Shown here piece by piece: positions 5,721 to 14,857 of a stretch of 20,000 nt of DNA. This DNA comes from an uncultured virus (IMG/VR IMGVR_UViG_3300020036_009184) (Duplodnaviria; Heunggongvirae; Uroviricota; Caudoviricetes). The DNA lies in IMG/VR virus record IMGVR_UViG_3300020036_009184; one strand, given 5' to 3'. Within the stretch, counting starts at the first letter, position 1. Each line of letters opens with the position of its first letter. Below the pieces are notes generated by a model, which saw only the letters and a program-made list of their open reading frames with translations, did not search any database and was not told the DNA's origin. The translations under genes were made by a program, and so were the position numbers.

Positions 5721-6362
5721 ATGGAGTTTTATTCAGAACCGCCAATCGTAACCTGCGATGTCTGCCAGTACCAGTACATGCCGGCAAAGAGTAAGCGCGA
5801 GCAATGCTGTCCAAACTGCGCGCATATCGAAAAGTATGGAGAATCGATCTTCGCAATGAAAAAGCGGAAGCAAAAAGAACAGCACGAAAAGTGGCGGAAA
5901 AAGGCCCAAGAAAAGCGAAAACTCAATCCACCAACACCGCGTCCGAAAATAGCAATGCGCTCGGAGAAAGGTAAGGTGATCGCCAGGAAGGTGGCGGAAA
6001 TGAAGGCTGAGGTAAAGATGGAGGCGCTGGATGGAGAATACGCCGAGTGTAAAGGATGTGGCCGTCATTTTCAGACAATAGATGCCAGCCATAAGGTTCC
6101 GCTATCGCAAAGTATAGCCTTGGCGGCGAATCCGGAGAACATTACACTACTATGCCGGGATTGTCACATGAAATGGGAAAACGGAACCGTGCCACAAATG
6201 ATCGAACTGGATTGCTTTGTTGATGACATGCACTACCTGTTCGATATGGATCCGGAGCGGTTCTGGAAGATATTCTATCGGTGCACCGATGAATGGGAAA
6301 AGTCTCCAACACCCAAACTCGGGCGTATTATATCAAAAATGGAAGCATTTGAAGGCAAATAG
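5721..6362 (+). CDS. Zn-binding HNH endonuclease
   Basis: ATG at 5721. N-terminal CDVC...CCPNC zinc ribbon, a basic helix, then CKGC...DASHKVPLSQ...ENITLLCRDCHMKW HNH motif. Confidence 0.85.
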   Translation: MEFYSEPPIVTCDVCQYQYMPAKSKREQCCPNCAHIEKYGESIFAMKKRKQKEQHEKWRKKAQEKRKLNPPTPRPKIAMRSEKGKVIARKVAEMKAEVKMEALDGEYAECKGCGRHFQTIDASHKVPLSQSIALAANPENITLLCRDCHMKWENGTVPQMIELDCFVDDMHYLFDMDPERFWKIFYRCTDEWEKSPTPKLGRIISKMEAFEGK

Positions 6363-6364
6363 CG

Positions 6365-6372
6365 TATATTTG
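6365..6372 (+). promoter_or_regulatory. Bacteroidota sigma-A -7 promoter element upstream of the chaperonin operon
   Basis: TATATTTG matches TAnnTTTG in the 49-nt intergenic gap; a TTTG lies upstream at 6348-6351, closer than the usual -33 spacing. Confidence 0.6.
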
Positions 6373-6411
6373 CCCTCTCGAAATATGTTTTGAACATCAA
6401 AAATCATTAAA

Positions 6412-8145
6412 ATGAGTAAAATTATTCAATCCCATGCGCTGTTTGCCGAGGCAATCACCGAAATGCGGGACCTGGTTGCCTCTACAATGGGGCCATTCGG
6501 TTCTCCTGTTATGCTGACCAGGCAAAACCAGCCGGCGCTTATCTTCCGCGATGGCGCCCAGGTCATTCGTTCCTACATGCCCGCCGACGCGATCAAAGGG
6601 AATGCTATTGGCCGTCTACGCGATGCTGCCGAAGCAACCCTGAAAGCCGCTGGCGATGGCACCAGTACGACGACTGTACTACTGGCAACCCTCTACCTCT
6701 CCGCGATGGAACAAATTACGGAGTACGAAAAAGCCGGCCAATCTGTTGTGCGCCGCCTGGTTGCTGACCGTATTGTTGAAATTCTCGGCCAAATGGAGAA
6801 ATACCTGGTCGAAAACGCAATCCAGGTCATGGATCCGGACGGCAATATCGACATGGGGCTTTTGCAAAAAGTTGCAACCATTTCAGCCAACAACGATGCC
6901 GCTATCGGGGAAATCGTGGCAAATCTGGTGGCCCAGATTGGCTCCGATGGTTCGGTGCAAGTCGAATACTCGAAATCCGGCGAACTGGAAACCGAAAAAA
7001 TCCCCGGCTACGTATTCCCGGGCGGTTTGTATCACCCATACTTCCTCCAGCAAGGCCAACGCCAGGAAGAGTGGATTGATCCGTATATCGTACTGGTGAA
7101 CGATTCCTTGGTTGCTATGAGTGATCTGAATGCGATCACAACACCTTTCATGGATAATTCCCTAAAACAAAATGAGGGCCGTGGCCTGGTGTTGGTTTGC
7201 AGTGACCTGAATGGAGTCGCCCTCGGGACTGCGATCAGCCGGCAAATGAAGGGTGGTGGCCTTATGCCGCTTATCTGCGTTCGCCCTCCACGCGGCATTG
7301 ATGTCAACCAGTTCTTTGAGGACTTATCAGCCCTTACCGGGGCAAAAGTGTTCTCCAAAGACAAGGGAAGCCTGCTGAAAGACTTCAAATGGCAGAAGGA
7401 TATTGGTACCTGCACTCGTATTATGTCTTCCCTGCAAAAAACGACCATCGTTTATAATCAGCCCGAAGGTCCGACCAACAAACCGACACTTTCTGGCCTG
7501 CTGGAACGCCTGGCGTCCGAATACAAAGAAGCAGCAGTTGAAGATCAGCCAATAATCCGGGAGCGTATCAATCGCCTGAGCGGTTCGGTTGGTATTATCC
7601 GCATCCCGGGGCTTACCCAGGCAGCTGTGGTATGGTCTAAAGAAATTGTCGAGGACTCGTACCTGGCGGCACAATCCGCGCTGAAATACGGCGTACTTCC
7701 CGGCTGCGGCAAAGCGCTCCTGAATGCTTTTGATCACGTTGTTGATATGAATGTGGTTATCTCGCAAGAAAATGAGGATCTTATTGCTTCACTGTCAGTG
7801 TCCGGCGCTGTAGGCGAACTCATTCGTTCCATTTTTGCCAATGCGGGCACGAAAAAACATGCCAGTGACTCAATTATCAGCCTTTTGGGTGGTGCGGATT
7901 TTGGGGAAACCATCTCCGTTTCCCCCGAATTTGTTTTCTGGAGCCGCCGCGTTGCTGACGAAATTGCAGTGGCGCCCGGGCAGCCGGTAAACTCCATTGC
8001 AAAACTCGAAGAGCACTGTATTGTCGATGCTGTCGATGCCGGTATCCTTGATTCCGCACACGGCGTAATCTCTGCTGTTCGTCATACGGCCTCCGAAATT
8101 CACCTCTGGATCACAACACGAAACTGGGTCAAAGAAGATGCATAA
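6412..8145 (+). CDS. groEL: divergent group I chaperonin (GroEL/Cpn60-like)
   Basis: TMGPFG, FRDG, AGDGTSTTTVL (GDGTTT), VATISANNDAAIG, EDLSALTG, RERINRLSG, IVEDSYLAAQSALKYGVLPGCG and GILD motifs in GroEL order; 577 aa; no GGM tail. Confidence 0.92.
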   Translation: MSKIIQSHALFAEAITEMRDLVASTMGPFGSPVMLTRQNQPALIFRDGAQVIRSYMPADAIKGNAIGRLRDAAEATLKAAGDGTSTTTVLLATLYLSAMEQITEYEKAGQSVVRRLVADRIVEILGQMEKYLVENAIQVMDPDGNIDMGLLQKVATISANNDAAIGEIVANLVAQIGSDGSVQVEYSKSGELETEKIPGYVFPGGLYHPYFLQQGQRQEEWIDPYIVLVNDSLVAMSDLNAITTPFMDNSLKQNEGRGLVLVCSDLNGVALGTAISRQMKGGGLMPLICVRPPRGIDVNQFFEDLSALTGAKVFSKDKGSLLKDFKWQKDIGTCTRIMSSLQKTTIVYNQPEGPTNKPTLSGLLERLASEYKEAAVEDQPIIRERINRLSGSVGIIRIPGLTQAAVVWSKEIVEDSYLAAQSALKYGVLPGCGKALLNAFDHVVDMNVVISQENEDLIASLSVSGAVGELIRSIFANAGTKKHASDSIISLLGGADFGETISVSPEFVFWSRRVADEIAVAPGQPVNSIAKLEEHCIVDAVDAGILDSAHGVISAVRHTASEIHLWITTRNWVKEDA

Positions 8146-8488
8146 ACTGTCAGATTACAATCTCGTCCCCAAACACCTCTTGGTGCTTCCTCAATTTGAT
8201 GACCATTCAGGATCAGTGCTGCAGGTGTCTTCCGTGAATAAGGAATTGTCCATCGGCCAGGTAGTCAAGCATAATTCCGGCAGGTTTATCCTGTATTTTT
8301 ACCCACACGCCGCCGATCACAGCGTGCCGCATGTTGTCCCAGACGATAAGGTTTTCAATATCAGTTACAAACGCGCTGCCAGCCAATCCATCAAACTGGT
8401 TGATGAAAATGGTGACGAAACAGAATACAAGGTGGTGCATGAAGACGATATAACCGGATGGTTCACATCATCTGAGATAACAGCATGA
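8138..8488 (+). CDS. single-domain co-chaperonin (GroES/Cpn10-like)
   Basis: LVPKHLLVLP...SGSVL...IGQVV...EYKVVHEDDI follows the GroES pattern (PLxDRVxV..GGIxL..GxVV..EYLIxxExDI); overlaps the groEL stop. Confidence 0.7.
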   Translation: MHKLSDYNLVPKHLLVLPQFDDHSGSVLQVSSVNKELSIGQVVKHNSGRFILYFYPHAADHSVPHVVPDDKVFNISYKRAASQSIKLVDENGDETEYKVVHEDDITGWFTSSEITA

Positions 8489-9270
8489 TACCGAATACAA
8501 ACTATGTCCTGGTGCGACCGATAGGTACACCAGGACATCATCATAAGTCAGGACTGCTCGTTGCCGAGTTTGCTGAGACGCATCTTTTGAAGCCCTGTTT
8601 CGGGGTCGTAGAGGCCGTATGCGACGACTTGTATTATGGTGGTCACGAAGCCTTGGCGCTAGGCAAAGATGTCGCTGGCGACAATCTGGAGCGCGTGCGG
8701 GCTATTAATGAGCGGTCATTGAGTTATGATGTGGATATGGAAGTGAAGGTCGGCGATATCGTATTATTTCGCTACATCGTACACATGGATGAAGATGTAA
8801 CGCTGCCCGATGGCCGGATGTTGATTCGGTATGATGACCTGATTGTAAAAATAGCCGATAGGTGGTCAATTGGTGATTTAAGGTGGGATGATAATGACGG
8901 CGCCTTTTTTGTAGCAATTGGAAGGCAGAAGCATCGCCTTCTGAATCCACCTAAAATACAGCCCCTTAATGGCGCAATTCTTGTGGAAATGCGCGATGTT
9001 GGTAATGAGTCCGGGGTACTGGACAGTGGAATGGAGAAAGAGGTTGGGTGGGGCACGGTGGTATCGGAAGGTATGTTGGTGCGCAGTTATTTACTGTGGC
9101 CGGAAAAAGGTGGCGACTTTGACGTATCTTTGGCAGGCAAAACGATCTCTTTCAACCATAAAGCGGCTGTTCGGATTGAAGAGGATACGTTTCGCTTATT
9201 GAACACTGAAACAAAATACCCGTTATATTACCTATACCGGGCATTTGTAACCGGATACTTGGATGGCTGA
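8485..9270 (+). CDS. tandem double-domain co-chaperonin (Cpn20-like, 2x GroES)
   Basis: Domain 1: PNTNYVLVRP..KSGLLV..GVVEAV..EVKVGDIVLF..LIRYDDLI. Domain 2: IQPLNGAILVE..ESGVL..GTVVSEG..GKTISF..LYYL. Confidence 0.8.
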   Translation: MIPNTNYVLVRPIGTPGHHHKSGLLVAEFAETHLLKPCFGVVEAVCDDLYYGGHEALALGKDVAGDNLERVRAINERSLSYDVDMEVKVGDIVLFRYIVHMDEDVTLPDGRMLIRYDDLIVKIADRWSIGDLRWDDNDGAFFVAIGRQKHRLLNPPKIQPLNGAILVEMRDVGNESGVLDSGMEKEVGWGTVVSEGMLVRSYLLWPEKGGDFDVSLAGKTISFNHKAAVRIEEDTFRLLNTETKYPLYYLYRAFVTGYLDG

Positions 9271-9889
9271 AATAAAGATGAAATTCGACCCTTTTGAGGT
9301 CCCTATGGGTATGGCGATATGGGAGCATTACAAGCCGCTCAGTCGCCGTACCCATTTGTCGTCTATGCCAAACTTCCAGAAAGTTGGCGAAACATTAAAG
9401 CCTACCAAAAAGGATTTGTCACTTTTGGTAGGCTTCGTCATTCTCCTGGTGGACCCACATAGCCCGTATTACGACGAGCGAGACTTCGAGGAAAGGGAGC
9501 GCGGATGCCTGGATGCTCTGCATATAAAGCCGGAAAGTTTGGTGTGGGAAGTGATAACTGGTAATCACTGGTGGTTTGGCGAAGTGCTGACGGCGTACTT
9601 CAAGATGATAAACAATGCGAAGTTCGAGACGTGGTTTGCTCTCAAAATGCACGCGCACTTCCAAAAAGCACTGGTCCGGGCGCCGGCAAAGCCTGACGAG
9701 AAGGACGAAATGACCAAACTTCGGCAAACTGCTGCCACTCAATTGGTGAAACTGGACGAGGATATCGAGAAGATCGAGCGCGGGCTATTTCCGGACGCCT
9801 TTGTGAAAGAGATTATTAACGACACAGTTACTGCTGACTCTATTGTTGGATGGGCCGAGCACTTCGCCCTGGCCGAATCTGAATTTTGA
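9263..9889 (+). CDS. hypothetical helical protein; possible terminase small subunit
   Basis: 208 aa with a C-terminal coiled-coil-like segment, sitting upstream of the TerL module. The TerS assignment is positional inference only. Confidence 0.4.
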   Translation: MAEIKMKFDPFEVPMGMAIWEHYKPLSRRTHLSSMPNFQKVGETLKPTKKDLSLLVGFVILLVDPHSPYYDERDFEERERGCLDALHIKPESLVWEVITGNHWWFGEVLTAYFKMINNAKFETWFALKMHAHFQKALVRAPAKPDEKDEMTKLRQTAATQLVKLDEDIEKIERGLFPDAFVKEIINDTVTADSIVGWAEHFALAESEF

Positions 9890-9907
9890 TAAATAAAATA
9901 CTGAATC

Positions 9908-12900
9908 ATGCGTTTTTTATTTTCCCTGATACTTACCCTCTTTGCGATTACCGCGCAATCCCAGGTGATGAAACTCACCTCGGCAGGCAAATCTATCTCG
10001 ATTTCGATTGACGATATCGTTTTTGTTCGCGCCGGCACGCCGTCTGGCAGCGTCATTACTTATGGCCAAACTCAGGCGCGATTAAACGTCTCGCAGACAA
10101 TGAGTGCCATCCAGAGCGCATCGTGCTCAAACCTGGTATCGCTCAGTGTTGTTGAAAACATATCCGGCCAGCCACAATCTACAACGCTGCTTTTCAATGT
10201 CAGGATGATCGCCGAGGTTATCCCAGACGTGAATAATAAGGCGGTGATGACGATACGCACCAGTCCCAGAGTAAAATATACAACGGTATCCTCCTATACC
10301 TCCGTGACTAACACGATTTCTGCTTGTATTACTGGCGGAGGTGGCGGTGGCTCTGTGGTGACGGACGCTACACTGTCCGGCGACGGATCAGGCGGCGACC
10401 CATTGAGTGTTAATCCGATAGGAACGTCGCTGATCGAGAATAATGCCGTCACAAATGGGAAGTTGGCCACTATGCCAGCGTTGACAATCAAAGGTAATAA
10501 TACCGGTGCGACAGGCGCCGCATTAGACCTGACAAAAGTGCAGGTACAGTCAATGTTGTCTGTAGACGACCTCATTACATTGACTGGTGTAGCGGAAGGT
10601 AATACAAATTTGCTGACGTTTACCGGTACGATTATCCCAAACAACTCCACTATCAAGGCGGCACTCCAGGCATTGGAGACAGCGGTCGAGATTATTGGCG
10701 ATACAATTACGGTTTCGGATAGTCCGAAGATTGATCTGACGATGCTCAACCGGAATATCACAGCAACGCTGGTGCCTGGCGGCGTAGCGTTGACCGATAT
10801 TGCGGCCAGTGGCGCCTCAAATGGGCAAATAATCAAATTCAATGGCACAAACTGGGTCGTTGGCTCAGATGTTACCGGTAGCAGTATTGATAGTTCGTTC
10901 CAAAAACTGGCAGGTATTGTCGCTGGCGGTTATGCCAACAAGCGATACACCGATAATAAATGGAGCCGTGGTAAAATGCTGATTGGGTTCAATCCGACCG
11001 ATTATGGCTCTTTGGATACTCTGGGGCAGATCGTAATTGCTCCACCAGCAACCGGCACAACAACTGCAATTCTTTTTAAGCAAGCAGGAGCCGCAAATAG
11101 CATCTTGAAAACAGATGGCTCGAATCCATTTGAACTGGATGGGCCATATACGATTGTCAAGAGCACTGGCGCAAGCCCTGTTTTGTTGAAGATGCAAACA
11201 GCATCGGTTGGGACGTATAACATGGATTACAATAGTGCTCTTTTCCGGATCAACAATGAGGGCGCAAGTAGAGCAATGCTGGCAATCCATACGAGCGCGG
11301 CGAACAACGCCCTGTTTGTTGATGCGAACACCAATCTGAATGTTGGCGGCAACTCGATTAGTGTTGCAAAGATTGGGGCCTTTACCTCAAGTGGCGCTAC
11401 GGCGTCAATGTTAGGGATGGTGAATAGTACCGGCACGTCTCGATTCTTCCGGTCAAACGCTACACCCGAAGGTGCAATTACGGGCATTGTTGGCGATTGG
11501 GCGTTCTCCACAACAGGCTTATTTGCCAAAATTACCGGCGCGGGTAATACTGGATGGGGCGAGTACATGAACTTAAAAAAGAATCACGGAGCTACAAACG
11601 GACAGTTGTTAAAATGGAACACTGTAGCATCTGCTTGGGTGCCGGCAAACGACGACGGGAATACATATACTGGAGGTATCGGCATAAGTGTCATTGGCAC
11701 TGTCATAAACAATGATGGCGTAACTTCAATAAACGGAGAAATTGGCGACGTTGTGGATTATGTCAAACTTACTGACCCTGTTGGCACGACTGGCGGTGAC
11801 GTATCGGGGACGATCGACGAAATGATTGTCATTGGTTTACAGGGGACGCCGGTTGACGGCACGGTTCCGACATTGGGCCAGGTGCTGGCTTTTGATGGCA
11901 CGAACTGGATACCGACAACTACCGGAAGCGGCGGCGGTGGCATAACAAACTTCACAGGGGCGCAGGGAGCGGCGCCCGGTGCCGCCGCAAGTAGCCATGA
12001 TGGCGAAACTTTTAGAAACGATGTTTATGGCGAGTTATGGGGGTCAAATGGCTCGGTATGGTATCCTTTTTCGTATGGCGGGAAGGAGTGCCAGGATACG
12101 GTATTGGTATCCGCTATCACGGTGCAGCCCGGAGGTTCTGTAACAACGGGATCTCCGCTTGTTCGTAGTTCTTTGGGTGTATGGGAGCACTTGTACAACT
12201 ATGCTACCCCGAATACAATCCCGGATGGTGTTGTGACCGATGTTGTATCTGGCCCTCGGGCGATTATCCAGTATTGTGGTGTCAGAAAAGGTAGTGGTGC
12301 CACGCCAAACAGTTCTTACTACGTTGACCAGTCTGCTAATACAGGCTTTACCACAACTAAGCCGGCTTCAAATATTCGACCGCTAGGGAAAATCGCTTCA
12401 AATGGGGATTTTCTGGTAAATGCCGGACTGCTTTTTTCTAAAGACAACTTTCCTGGGATTATCAAGAACGGGTCATTGTCGGGTTCTGGTATTGTCGGCG
12501 ATACGCTTCGTATTTCAACCGGAGACAAAGGAGATGTGGATGTAACTTCGTCTGGAAATGTTTGGACATTGGATACCAATGCGGTGAATACGGTAAAAAT
12601 ACTTGATGCGGCAATAACAATGGCGAAAATCGCACAGGCAGGAGCTACAACCGGGCAAGTAATTAAGTGGAATGGCAGTGCCTGGGCTCCGGGAATAGAT
12701 GGTGGAGGGAATGATAGCACCCTTGCAGATAATGGTGTTTCTCTGTCAGGGAAAACGGTACAATTAGGCAATGCAGCGGGCGGGACAACATCTCAGTTTA
12801 CCGCCAATAGATATTTACCTCAAAATAACTTTGGTCTATTTGTAGGAAACAATGCAATGACATCGTATGTAAGAATCTCAGGGGATAGCGCGTCGACAAC

Positions 12901-14857
12901 GGGGATTCTTAATTTCAGCTTCCCGTCCAGTCCCAATACTGCATACACGAAAGTGATAAATCCAATTATAAAAGGTACGCAGAACACAGCATTTTATGAG
13001 GGTATATCGTCTAATGCGCAATCAGGAAATTCGCCTAACGCCGTATATATGGCAGGGTGGAATTTAAACCCCGGAGGATCAAAAATTGAAGCAGGAAAGC
13101 CATATATCGGAGAGTCGTGGGAAAGTAATTATCGACCGAGCGCACCGACCGTATATCCAAGGTTTGTAGAAAAGCATGAAATATATATGCCTTCGTATTC
13201 AAACACTCAAAGGCGATTGAGTAGTTATACGATTAACGAATCCGCAACCGGTGCAAACTTTATTGACTACTACCACACTGTTGACGCATTTAAAATACGA
13301 GACACGTCTGGAGTCGACTATTTTCGCATTACAGGAAATAACAGTTCTCCGACAGGGCGTTTTTCATCCCTAATTCAATCGGCAGGGAACAGGGCATTGT
13401 CTTTAACTGTGGACAGTACATTGAATACATTTGTAATAACAAATAATTCGCTTGCTGCGACCAAATCAACAAGCAATTTTGTTTTTTCCGGGTTCAGAGA
13501 GTATAATTTCAATGACTATTTAGGGAGGTCAATATTGAGATCAGTCACAAGTGCGGGAGGTAATAATGTAGAGATGGGTAGCACTTCTTACGCGACAGAA
13601 CACCACCTTAGAACAAACAGCCTGTTTGGAGCGTATGGGGTATATATTGAAGCCGATGTAAATACGCAAACATCGCTAACAACAAGGGGAAATCTATTTG
13701 TAAAATCAGCAACAAATCAGACTATTTTCGGACAGCGTTCGGATATAAATATGGGGTACATGGCAAATACGGGATCATTTGCCATTCGAACAAATGCGTT
13801 ACAAGTTGGGCCATCTGCCGGGACATCACTTCCATTGGGTGTTACATTACAAGTAAACTCCAATCTTGCCAATACATCTGCATTGCAGCGCTGGCAAACT
13901 ACCACAGACAGCGCAAAGATATTCCTTACCTCAAAGGACCCCAACTCTATCCTTACCGGGCGCGTAGGCGATTTCGCCTTTGGCACAAATGGAAAATGGT
14001 ATGGTAAAGTCACAGGAGCAAATACGAATACAGGTTGGGGAGCATTTCTTAATCTGGTGGATGCGAATTCGGCAACAACTGGTCAGGCGCTAAAGTGGAA
14101 CGGTACTGCATGGGCGCCAGCAACCGATGTAAGTTTGGCCAATACAGATCAAACATTGACAGCGAACCGGGCCATTGCATTGGGTACGAATAGTCTAACT
14201 GTTTCTTCGTCAGTAGTTGCAGATCAAAGCATCACTGCGACATTCAATAATGATGGAATTGTAATGTCTGCCGTTGACGCCTCGGGTGCCGATGATATCA
14301 CAGGTGAAATATTCCTGTCAGGCGCTTTCGCCTCTATTGGTGTAGACAATGGCGTGTCGGCTACTTCGTACACGAACTATCAGGACGCTAGTTCAACTTG
14401 GAAGTGGAATGATATTACCATTACCCTAGATGCTGCCAACGGTATCTCGATTGCCAATGCCGACACGAATGATGGCATGAAATATACGGCCAATAACGAA
14501 AACGCCATATTGCTGACAGATAGAAACGTCCCGGATATGAATACAGTGAGAAGGAATAATCGGGAACGATTCACGGATGTCACATCTACGACGTCTCCGG
14601 TGGATCTTACCTCGACAAATAAAGACAACCTGATCAACCAGGGCGGGACCCAGACGACTTTTACCTTCAATCTGCCGGCAACCCCTGGTGATGGACAGAT
14701 TTGCGAACTGACCTTTTCAAATATTGTTACGACGCTCACAATTGGTGCTCAGGGCGGTATCACGATATTGGGCACCGCTCCTACTACCGCTGCGGTCGGG
14801 ACTCGCCTGGAGTACAAATATTACGCAACAATAACCTCTTGGATTCGAGTACAATGA
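9908..14857 (+). CDS. 1649-aa tail-fibre/adhesin-like protein with an N-terminal signal peptide
   Basis: G/T/S/N/A-rich; five GQxxxW/F-N/D...W fibre repeats, poly-Gly hinges and a duplicated ...GNTGWG block; N-terminus MRFLFSLILTLFAITAQS-Q. Confidence 0.75.
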   Translation: MRFLFSLILTLFAITAQSQVMKLTSAGKSISISIDDIVFVRAGTPSGSVITYGQTQARLNVSQTMSAIQSASCSNLVSLSVVENISGQPQSTTLLFNVRMIAEVIPDVNNKAVMTIRTSPRVKYTTVSSYTSVTNTISACITGGGGGGSVVTDATLSGDGSGGDPLSVNPIGTSLIENNAVTNGKLATMPALTIKGNNTGATGAALDLTKVQVQSMLSVDDLITLTGVAEGNTNLLTFTGTIIPNNSTIKAALQALETAVEIIGDTITVSDSPKIDLTMLNRNITATLVPGGVALTDIAASGASNGQIIKFNGTNWVVGSDVTGSSIDSSFQKLAGIVAGGYANKRYTDNKWSRGKMLIGFNPTDYGSLDTLGQIVIAPPATGTTTAILFKQAGAANSILKTDGSNPFELDGPYTIVKSTGASPVLLKMQTASVGTYNMDYNSALFRINNEGASRAMLAIHTSAANNALFVDANTNLNVGGNSISVAKIGAFTSSGATASMLGMVNSTGTSRFFRSNATPEGAITGIVGDWAFSTTGLFAKITGAGNTGWGEYMNLKKNHGATNGQLLKWNTVASAWVPANDDGNTYTGGIGISVIGTVINNDGVTSINGEIGDVVDYVKLTDPVGTTGGDVSGTIDEMIVIGLQGTPVDGTVPTLGQVLAFDGTNWIPTTTGSGGGGITNFTGAQGAAPGAAASSHDGETFRNDVYGELWGSNGSVWYPFSYGGKECQDTVLVSAITVQPGGSVTTGSPLVRSSLGVWEHLYNYATPNTIPDGVVTDVVSGPRAIIQYCGVRKGSGATPNSSYYVDQSANTGFTTTKPASNIRPLGKIASNGDFLVNAGLLFSKDNFPGIIKNGSLSGSGIVGDTLRISTGDKGDVDVTSSGNVWTLDTNAVNTVKILDAAITMAKIAQAGATTGQVIKWNGSAWAPGIDGGGNDSTLADNGVSLSGKTVQLGNAAGGTTSQFTANRYLPQNNFGLFVGNNAMTSYVRISGDSASTTGILNFSFPSSPNTAYTKVINPIIKGTQNTAFYEGISSNAQSGNSPNAVYMAGWNLNPGGSKIEAGKPYIGESWESNYRPSAPTVYPRFVEKHEIYMPSYSNTQRRLSSYTINESATGANFIDYYHTVDAFKIRDTSGVDYFRITGNNSSPTGRFSSLIQSAGNRALSLTVDSTLNTFVITNNSLAATKSTSNFVFSGFREYNFNDYLGRSILRSVTSAGGNNVEMGSTSYATEHHLRTNSLFGAYGVYIEADVNTQTSLTTRGNLFVKSATNQTIFGQRSDINMGYMANTGSFAIRTNALQVGPSAGTSLPLGVTLQVNSNLANTSALQRWQTTTDSAKIFLTSKDPNSILTGRVGDFAFGTNGKWYGKVTGANTNTGWGAFLNLVDANSATTGQALKWNGTAWAPATDVSLANTDQTLTANRAIALGTNSLTVSSSVVADQSITATFNNDGIVMSAVDASGADDITGEIFLSGAFASIGVDNGVSATSYTNYQDASSTWKWNDITITLDAANGISIANADTNDGMKYTANNENAILLTDRNVPDMNTVRRNNRERFTDVTSTTSPVDLTSTNKDNLINQGGTQTTFTFNLPATPGDGQICELTFSNIVTTLTIGAQGGITILGTAPTTAAVGTRLEYKYYATITSWIRVQ
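10811..14128 (+). repeat. dispersed protein-level repeats in the fibre gene
   Basis: GASNGQIIKFNGTNW (~10811), GATNGQLLKWNTVASAWVP (~11588), PTLGQVLAFDGTNWIP (~11867), GATTGQVIKWNGSAWAP (~12641) and SATTGQALKWNGTAWAP (~14069). Confidence 0.85.

Noticed and set aside
6363..6410. Readthrough of the HNH TAG would run to a TAA abutting the groEL start
   Set aside because: The gap is better explained by the TAnnTTTG promoter and A-rich initiation region; a 15-codon open stretch is expected by chance.
14701..14853. Longer terminase start given by the ORF track
   Set aside because: It overlaps the fibre gene by 157 nt from a TTG; the ATGA-coupled ATG at 14854 is more plausible. The same reasoning applies to the track starts at 1727 and 5679.
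9908..14857. Diversity-generating retroelement target, invertible cassette or CRISPR array
   Set aside because: The repeats are diverged at the protein level, not near-identical DNA copies differing at adenines. No reverse transcriptase, invertase or regularly spaced repeats are visible in the window.
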